From the human T2T-CHM13v2.0 reference genome, Homo sapiens, in the NCBI RefSeq assembly GCF_009914755.1, contig NC_060946.1: a stretch of DNA of 64,000 nucleotides. The stretch is one strand, 5' to 3'. Shown one piece after another: positions 52,950-64,000 of the stretch. The notes beneath the pieces are model-generated. The model had not been told where the DNA came from, did not search any database, and worked only from the letters and a program-made list of their open reading frames with translations. Every line of letters begins with the position of its first letter. The stretch's first letter is position 1. The translations under genes were made by a program, and so were the position numbers.

Positions 52950-53668
52950 TAGTACTTTTAGTAGAGATGGGGTTTTACCATGTTGGACAGGCTGGTCTCG
53001 AATTCCTGACCTCAGGTGATCTGGCAGCCTCGGCCTCCCATAGTGTTGGGATTACAGGCACGAGCCACTGTGCCCAGTTTACTACATGATTTATACAGTA
53101 TATTACAGATTATGTTATATATATATTTATCTATTTATTTTTGAGACGGAGTCTCGCTCTGTCGCCCAGGCTGGAGTGCAGCGGCACGATTTCGTCTCAC
53201 TGCAAGCTCCGCCTCCCAGGTTCATGCCATTCTCCTGCCTCAGCCTCCTGAGTAGCTGGGACTACAGGCGCCCGCCACCGCACCCGGCTAATTTTTTGTA
53301 TATTTAGTAGAGATGGGGTTTCACCGTGTTAGCCAGGATAGTCTCGATCTCCTGACCTCGTGATCCACCCGCCTTGGACTCCCAAAGTGCTGGGATTACA
53401 GGCGTGAGCCACCGCGCCCGGGCTATCATGTATATATTTTAACAATGCACACTATACATAGTGAAGAGAATTTAGGTTTGTGTACCATCTCAAACATGCC
53501 TTATCCTTGAAGCATCAGCAGGGATCCTACCAGTCATGTAAAGGAATGCTAGTGAGGGAAGCAGCCCTGCCTAGAAACACTCCAGCCCTACCATCCTTCC
53601 TGGCAGTGGCTATACCAGATGGCAGGCTGTTGAGCATATTGCTTCTCTCCCCAGCCAGAGGAAGAGGT

Positions 53669-54209
53669 TGTGGCAGCCAGACTCCAAGATGGCCCCAGTG
53701 AAACCCACCTCCTGGTATTTGCATCCCGTGTAATCTCCACCACCCTCACTTTACCAAGGTGATCTGTGTGTCTATGTGTATATGGCAGAAATGACCATGT
53801 CATTTTTGAGATTGGGTTACAAATGACACTATGGCCTTTTCCTGTCTCCCCCACTCTCTTTTTCTCTCTCCCCCTCTCTCCCTCCCCACCTTGGATCACT
53901 AGCTCTAGGGGAAGCCAGGTGCCATGTCTTGAGGACACTCAGGTTGCCCTGTGGAGAGGGTGAAGTGCTGAGGAGTTGAGGCCCCCAGTCCAACTGCCAG
54001 CGAGGAGAGGAGGCCTGCCAACCACCATGTGAGTAAGCTCCCAGATGACCTCAGCCCTGGGCCAACAGCTTGACTGCAGCCTCATGAAAGACCCTGGGTC
54101 AGAAGCAGCCAGCTAAGTCACCCCCAAATTCCTGACCCTCAGAACTATCTGTTGTTTTATGATGCCAAGTTGGGGGTGATCTGATACACAGCAATAGATG
54201 ACTAATACA
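53669..54209 (+). mobile_element. MaLR solo LTR (MLT1F-like)
   Basis: TGTGGCAGCCAGACTCCAAGATGGCCCC ... ACACAGCAATAGATGACTAATACA; TG..CA termini. Confidence 0.75.
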
Positions 54210-55042
54210 GAGAGATATTCCTTTATGAAATGCTGTGCCCTTCTCTACCTCCACTGCCTCACTCTGTCCAGGTCACTTTGATAACTCTTAGATGCAGGTT
54301 CATAACCGAGGACTACGTTCCCTGCCCACTGAGGGCACTGAGAGCTCTTACAGGGGTAGAATCTTTCCCTTTTGCTAATCTTTATGGCTTTTTTTCTTTT
54401 TTTTTTAAGGAGACAAGGTCTGGCTCTCACCTAGGCTGGAGTGCAGTGGCACGGTCCTAGCTCGCTGCTTTATGGCTTTTTTTTTTTTTTTTTTAAAGAG
54501 ACAAGGTCTGGCTCTGTCACCTAGGTTGGAGTGCAGTGGCACGGTCCTAGCTCACTGCAGTCTCGAACTCTTGAGCTCGAGCCATCCACCCCCCTCAGCC
54601 TCCTAAGCAGTTAGGACAAGTGTATGCCACCGTGCCCAGATTTTTTTTTTTCTTTTGTAGAGATGGGGGTCTTGCTATGTTGCCTAAGCTGGTCTTGAAC
54701 GCCTGGGCTCAAGCAATTTGGGCCCTCTCGGCCTCCCAAAATGCTAGGATTACAGGTGTGAGCCACCACGTCCGGCTCCTGTCACCTTACTTTCCTGTCC
54801 ACTAGCACAGAACCTGCACATGGTAAACGCACAATAAGTGTTTGCTGAATAGTTGTGTACTTTTAAATCTCACACACAGCCTGAAAAATAGGCTTACCCA
54901 TGGTAAGCATTCAGTAAATATTTGTTACTCAAAAGAATAACTTTAAAAACGTATTGCCAGCTCAAAAATTACTAGCCCCTTCAACACTGACACTGAAGCC
55001 CAACAGGAGCATAAAAGTACTTTAAAATACACAGTGCTAACT

Positions 55043-55079
55043 AGCAGAGTCACGCGTCGGAAGTGTGCTGGGCCCATAA
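55043..55079 (+). pseudogene. Tailless retropseudogene: 5' half of initiator tRNA-Met(CAT)
   Basis: AGCAGAGTcaCGCgtCGGAAGtGTGCTGGGCCCATAA matches 32/37 nt of tRNA-iMet AGCAGAGTGGCGCAGCGGAAGCGTGCTGGGCCCATAA; flanked by the direct repeat TAAAATACACAGTGCT at 55023-55038 and 55077-55092. Confidence 0.88.
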
Positions 55080-56874
55080 AATACACAGTGCTTGTTGTGG
55101 AAAGTAGTATTTATAACTCATTAAACTCCGAATAGGGAAAAAATTCCTCTAATAGAGGTGTTTTTAATCTTTTTGCAGGAAAAAAAAATACATATTAGAT
55201 ATATAGGCTGGGTGCAGTGGCTCACACCTGTAATCCTAGCACTTTGGGAGGCCAAGGCAGGTAGATCGCTTGAGCTCAAGAGTTTGAGACCAGCCTGGGC
55301 AACATGGCGAAACCCTATCTCTACCAAAAAATTAAAAAAATTAGCCGGCGTGGTGGAACGTGCCTGTAGTCTCAGCTACTCAGGAGTTTGAGGTGAGAGG
55401 ATCGCTTGAGCCTGGGAGGCGGAGGATGCAATGAGCGGAGACCACTCCACTGCACTCCAGCCTCAGCAACAGTGAGACCCTGCTATCAAAAAAAAAAAAA
55501 AAAAAAAAAAAAAGATATACTTTATAGGCAGAATCACTTATGTGAAGGTTGTCCAACCTATCATTATCAAGCAAGATCTGGCTTCTGGTCTTTTCAGGGC
55601 AATACAAGGGCAATACAAGAGAGGAAACACGAGTGGGTTTTCTAAAGCCCCTCACCACAATATGCTCACACTGATCGCACACTGAATAATCGGGGTGGAG
55701 TGACAACTGACACAAAAAGAGGCCAGGAGATTTACTTTGGTGTTTACTGATCACCTGCTGTATGTCAGACATGTGACAGGTGATGAGGTATGAAAAAGTA
55801 GCAGCACAAACACTAGCTGAACGCTTATTGGTGCTAGTCTTTAAAGAGCTCACTGAGAAGTGGGGAAGACAGACGCGCAAATTCAAACGCCCTGTGGTGA
55901 TGGCCATTAGGAGAACCCTCTTCTGTGGGGCATCAAACAAAACGACAGACTCTGCCAAAAGGTGCTGTTCTTCCCCGTCAGGCTGTGTGTAATTTCTCAC
56001 CTAGTTACTCAACTACCAGTTGCTGTGCACTTACCATCAAGTGTACCTGGCACATACCAAGTGGACATACCAGCGTGGTTCAGGAAGTCTGCCCACATGG
56101 AGCCCACAGTCTAGCAGTCCAGTGGGCAAGACAATTAGTTACAAGATTGTTTCCTAGTAAGCAAGGACAGGATGCAAAGGGTTTTTGGTAGAGGTGATGG
56201 CAGAGATTTTGGGTACACAGCCCAGAGCAGGCCAAGTTTGAGAATCACTTCTGAGGTGGTCACCAGACTGGCTACAAGAAGAGAGCAGTGAGGTTCCTAA
56301 TGAGGCAGGCAGCTTTGGCATCCTCCGGACCCATCACCTAAGCTAAGGGATTGCTAAAATGTAGCCCCATGAGGGGGGGGCCATGTCTACCTTATTCACC
56401 TGAGCTTGGCACCATGCCTGGCACAACACAGGTGCTCACTAAATGCGAATGCACATGGTGGAGCAGTTTATAGGGGTAGAGGAGCTAACAAGTGGAGACT
56501 GGGACGTGTGGAGGTCAGAAGTGGTGAGAAATACAGGTCTGGCTCCCATAAATGCTGCCTTGATCCTCCTGCTATACCAGGAGGCTATGCTTTGGAAGCA
56601 GGGACTGCGCTTTGATTTGATATGCAATCCCAAACCAAAGTCAAGATGTGGCTTTTAAAGCAGAACATCAGTTCTTATGGTGATGAGCAAGAAATAGCTT
56701 TTGACTGACAATTTGTTTTGTTTAATGATGAGAATAATTAGTATACAAATAATAATAACAGCTAATATTGAGTGTTTAATTCAGGCACTATTGTTGGCAC
56801 TTTAGCCAATTTCATCTTCCTAACAACGCTTTCATTAGTAGGGTACTAGTAGAAGGTACTATGATCATCCCCAT

Positions 56875-57861
<987 letters not shown>

Positions 57862-57979
57862 TAGAGACGGGGCTTCATCATGTTGGCCAGGCTGGTCTTG
57901 AACTCCTGACCTCAGGTGATCCACCCGCCTCAGCCTCCCAAGGTACTGGGGTTACAGGCGTGAGCCACCGCGCCCGGCC

Positions 57980-58855
57980 TATTTATTTGTTTTTTAAATC
58001 AATGAATGTTTTCTTAATTCTGATTCCTTTTATCATGTGCTTTCTTAAACAAAGAACTTTCACATAAATTATCTTATAATAAGAGTTTCTTTCTGATTCA
58101 GTTTAAAAATGACAATAGCATTCGTTGTGCCCAAGTTAGAATTATACCAAAATTACCATATGCCAGCACATACAATCATTCCACTGGTGGCTGGAAAATT
58201 AGCTTACGGGAGTGTCTGTCACTCAGATGGGCCATCACCCCTGGTGGGCACATGGTGGAGATAAGGGAAGGCCAGACTAGAAGAAAGCTGGGTCTTTTGG
58301 ATCGTTTCTACTCCTTTTTCACTTCTTCACCATTCTCCCCACTGAGCTTGAACAAGGGAATCTGCTGGCCATCCTTGGGCTCTAGGAAGACCTCATCAAG
58401 GTGCCACCTCTGAAAGGGGCACTTCTGGATGAGCTGACATGGAGATGGCCCTCTGACTTGGATCCAGAGCTAGGAATCTTCAACTTGGCATCAGCAATGT
58501 CCACAAAGTTGTGCTTGGTGAGTTTGAGACAGTGAATGTTGAGAAGAGGGCCCAGAGCTCCCTGTGCCTTGGGATGGCTATGCACCTGCTCCAATGCCAA
58601 CTGGTAATACAAAGCCCTGGAAAAAGTCTTTTGTATGCGGTAATACACAAGGGCCAAGCCCCCAGTACCGAACACATTGCCGAAAAGGACCATTTTTTCC
58701 TTGAGGCACTGGCATCCTGCTGCCTGGATACTTTTGCCACCTCACAGCACAACTCTCTTGAAAATCATCAAAGGCAAGTTGTTCTGTAAGCGACAGAAGC
58801 ACCATGCTGCAGAGAGCATGAGGAGCCCTTCCGGGCGTGGGATGGTGGCGGTAAA
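57980..58855 (-). pseudogene. Processed pseudogene of COA1 (MITRAC15/C7orf44, cytochrome c oxidase assembly factor 1); CDS-like part 58308-58745
   Basis: Intronless. Three frames read VRWQKYPGSR.. / VLFGNVFGTGGLALVYYRIQKTFSRALYYQLALEQ...NFVDIADAKLKIPSSGSKSEG.. / RWHLDEVFLEPKDGQQIPLFKLSGENGEEVKKE*, collinear with recalled human COA1 (MMWQKYAGSR...FKLSGENGDEVKKE). Start codon lost, two frameshifts. 17-bp TSD TCTTGATCTCCATTTTA at 57648-57664 and 58856-58872. Confidence 0.92.
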
Positions 58856-59044
58856 TCTTGATCTCCATTTTAAAGAAAACTAAGGAATTACTGAATTAAG
58901 TATGACAGATAAGAAGTGGCCACTGCTTAGTAATTCCTTAGTGGAAATGCCCACAATGGGGACTGGATCCCATGCAGTCTGTTCCCAGAGCCACTCTTCC
59001 CGCTCCACCACACTGTGCTTCAGAGCAGAAAACATACCACCTGC

Positions 59045-59186
59045 CGTCCTGCATCTGCCCTTCATCTGTCCACTAGACTATAAGTTCCCTGAGGACAGGA
59101 ACATACCATCAGTGTACATACCTTTCATGCTCTACACAGTGCCCAGCATAGCATAGGTGCTTAATGAATACTTGTTGAATGAATAA
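59045..59186 (+). mobile_element. L2 3' end
   Basis: CCACTAGACTATAAGTTCCCTGAGGACAGG..ACAGTGCCCAGCATAGCATAGGTGCTTAATGAATACTTGTTGAATGAAT. Confidence 0.7.
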
Positions 59187-61249
59187 CCCAATCTATATAA
59201 AAGTAAGGAATGGTATAGCAACAAAGAAGGATTTCCACAAACAAGAAAATTCACCCTTGGCCAGGTGCGGTGGCTCACGCCTGTAATCACAGCACTTTGG
59301 GAGGCTGAGACAGGCGGATCACTTTAGGTCAGGAGTTTGAGACCAGCCTGGCCAATATGGTGAAACTCCATTACTACTAAAAATACAAAAATTAGCCATG
59401 CGTGATGGCACACGCCTGTAGTCCCAGCTACTCAGGAGGCTGATGCAAGAGAATCGCTTGAACCTGGGAGGAGGAGGTCGCAGTGTGCCAAGATCGCACC
59501 ACTGCACTCCAGACTGGACAACAGAGCTAGACTGTCTCAAAAGAAAAAAAAAAAGAAAGAAAAAGAAAAAAGAGAATTGACCCTCATGACCTTTGATCTA
59601 GAGTAAATCATCATACATGAGACGAAGAAATTGGATACCATGTTCTAAAAGTAAGCCGACTTGTTTTTCTTTGATTACCTTTCCTGGCTCATGTATCTTA
59701 GAGCTGTCTTTTATGACCCCAATTTTAAAATGCTATTGTTATCTTCGTTTAGGTAAGGGTTTCAAACCAATGATCAAATAAAAGGTCTCAACCAAGAAAT
59801 ATAGCACATTACTGTTAAACATTACCAGAAAACATTTTTGCTCATTGCTTTTATTAATCTTATTACAGAATATAAATTTTTCACAGGTGTGTTCTTCATC
59901 ATAAAAACAGCTGCCATTTATTGAAGACTATTATATGCAGTTCCTACTCTAAGTGTTTTTCTTGGATTATTCCATTTAATCTTCACAATAACCCTCTGAG
60001 TCAGGTCTAGTTCATGCCCCATTTTCAGAGGAGGAAAAAAGGGACAAAGTGGTCAAGTAACCTGTCCAAGGGTGACATACCTAGAAAGTAGCAGTTTGGA
60101 CAATACAAGCCTGTCTCTCAAAAGCCTCTTGATATAAAGACATTGATTTCTAATTTAAAATTATCTTTGAATTAAATCAAAGAGAATACATGTTGATGTT
60201 TCTGAGATAAAGGTGACAAAAAAATATAGTTTACACATTGCTAACCGCAGATCCTAATCTTGACTAAGTTACACAGGACCCACTCTTTATAAACACATCA
60301 ATCTAAATTTAAAAATCAAGGCTGGGCGCGGTGGCTCACGCCTGTAATCCCAGCACTTCAGGAGGCCGAGGCGGGTGGATCACTTGAGGCCAGGAGTTTG
60401 AGACCAGAGTGACTGACATGGTGAAACCTCGTCTCTACTAAAAATATAAAAATTACTTGAGTGTAGTGGTGGATGCCTGTAATCCTGGCGACTCAGGAGG
60501 CTGAGGCAGAATTGCTCAAACCCAGGAGGCAGAGGTTGCAGTGAGCTGAGATCGCACCACTGCACTCCAGCCTGGGCGACAGAGCAAGGCTCTGTCTCAA
60601 AAAAATTAAAATTAAAACGTTAAAAAAAAAAAAAAGAACATTAAGGCCAGCATGGTGGCTCATGCCTGTAATCCTAGCACTCTGGGAGGCCAAGGCAGGA
60701 GGAGGCAGGAGGACTGCTTGAGCCCAGGAATTTGACACCAGCACGGGCAACATAGCAAGACCCTGTCTCTACAAAAATTAATTAATTAATTAATTAATAA
60801 TAACAATTAGCTGGGCGTGGTGGTACAGCCCTGTGGTGTCAGCCTCATCAGGAGGCTGGGAAGGAAGGATGGCTTGGGCTGGGTAGGTCAAGGCTGCAGT
60901 GAGCTAGGATCAAGGCACTACACTTCAGCCTGGGTGACGGGGTGAGACCCTGTCTCTAAAAAAATAAATAAATAAAAATGTGAAAATCAAGAGAACAGTA
61001 AAGAAACGGGCACTGGAGAATTCCTGGAGCCTTTCTCTTAACTTTCCCACATCCATCAGACATCACCTCCAATAAACTGTTTCCTTCCTCACCTAGGCTG
61101 GAAAAAATATGGGCTCCCCTGTACCATCAAGACTTAAAACCAACAGAAACACCTATTTTGTAACACTCGGGAACTTTCTATGCCAGCATATCGAGGTTCA
61201 ATAACAGCTGTTCCCTTCGGGAAGTGACAGTGGGAACCAGACAAAACTC

Positions 61250-62832
<1,583 letters not shown>

Positions 62833-63492
62833 TGATCCACCCACTTCGGCCTTCCAAATTGCTGGGATTACAGACGTGAGCCGCCGCGCCCGACTCTTTT
62901 TAATTCTTGCCCTCAGCTCACGCCAGGCCCTGGGTGGAAAGCTTTCTTTGCCCGGAAACTGGCTTTCTGAAACCAAGGGCTTTTGTGTCACGTTCATGGA
63001 GAGATGGCAGTGCGGGTTGAGGCAGAAGTGCTCAGTCAGAACTGATGAGTCCAGATGAGAAGCTTGACTTTTAACCCCGGCCCTCGGGGCTGCACCCTAC
63101 CCTCTGGGAAACAATTCCAGCCAGAAGAGTTTACACTCAGCAGAAGGTGCCTCTGTCACCACAATGGGTGTGGAGCCACTGGAAAGAGGTTGGGTGATAG
63201 TGAGGAAGGACAGCAGGTTTTGGCATCAAAGGCACTACCTTGGCCTCAATCCCAGTTCAGCCAGCTGCTTCCTAGCTCTGTGGCCTTGGTCAAGACACTT
63301 ACCTTCTCTAAAGCATGGTTTATTTGCAGTCTCAGGGGCTCATGCCTGTGATCCCAGCACTTTGGGAGGCTGAGGCGGGAGGATCACTTGAGCTCAGGAG
63401 TTCAAGACCAGACTGGATAATATGGTGAAACCCCGTCTCTATAAAAAAATGCAAAAATTAGCCGGGCATGCTGGCATGGGCCTGTAGTCCTA

Positions 63493-63633
<141 letters not shown>

Positions 63634-64000
63634 TTATTCATCTGTACAAAGAAATTAAAGAATCAGTGCTGAGTAGCACAGGTGAGCAGCTTCCTAGGGA
63701 TATCCTGAAGAGCCTTTGGTGGAGGCTTTCTACTGTTAGAAGTCAGGAAATGTACACTCCACCTATCTGCTTGGAGACCCTCGGTGGCAGTTGGGAGCTT
63801 GCAGACAATGTAACTTATAAACCCAAAGCTGCAACTTTTCCAAGAAAGGGAAATTGATTATCTTCCAGAAAAGTACATTACTTTTGCAGGTAGCTCTGAT
63901 GGTTTAAAAGTTCTTCCTGTATTGAGTCGAAGTATAACACCTGTGCTTTGTGTCCACCGGGTACTAGTTTGGCCTTATGCAGAATACCGGGCATGTTTAT

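Overview
This is human (primate) genomic DNA containing the complete ARFGAP3 gene on the minus strand. I traced 16 coding exons from ATG 62098 to TAA 2506. All introns are GT-AG and the exon lengths sum to 1551 nt (516 aa + stop). A CpG-island promoter lies at about 61250-62600, and the 3' UTR carries four AATAAA signals and ends near 1440. The introns are dense with Alu, MIR, L1, L2, L3, MaLR LTR and DNA-transposon relics, so nearly all other ORFs in the track are repeat artefacts. Intron 1 hides two retro-sequences. One is a full-length COA1 (MITRAC15) processed pseudogene with a 17-bp target-site duplication (TSD), nested in a MIR > MER91 > retrocopy > Alu stack. The other is a tailless 5'-half initiator tRNA-Met retropseudogene between 16-bp TSDs. 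The best candidate regulatory signals are a recursive-splice-type junction at exon 6, a UG-repeat acceptor at exon 15, a duplicated-donor cryptic exon in intron 9, and repeated CGACGTGTCAC bZIP-like elements in intron 1. I see no clear evidence of a wholly new biological system. Exon coordinates were checked base by base; repeat boundaries and subfamilies are approximate and based on recalled consensus sequences.
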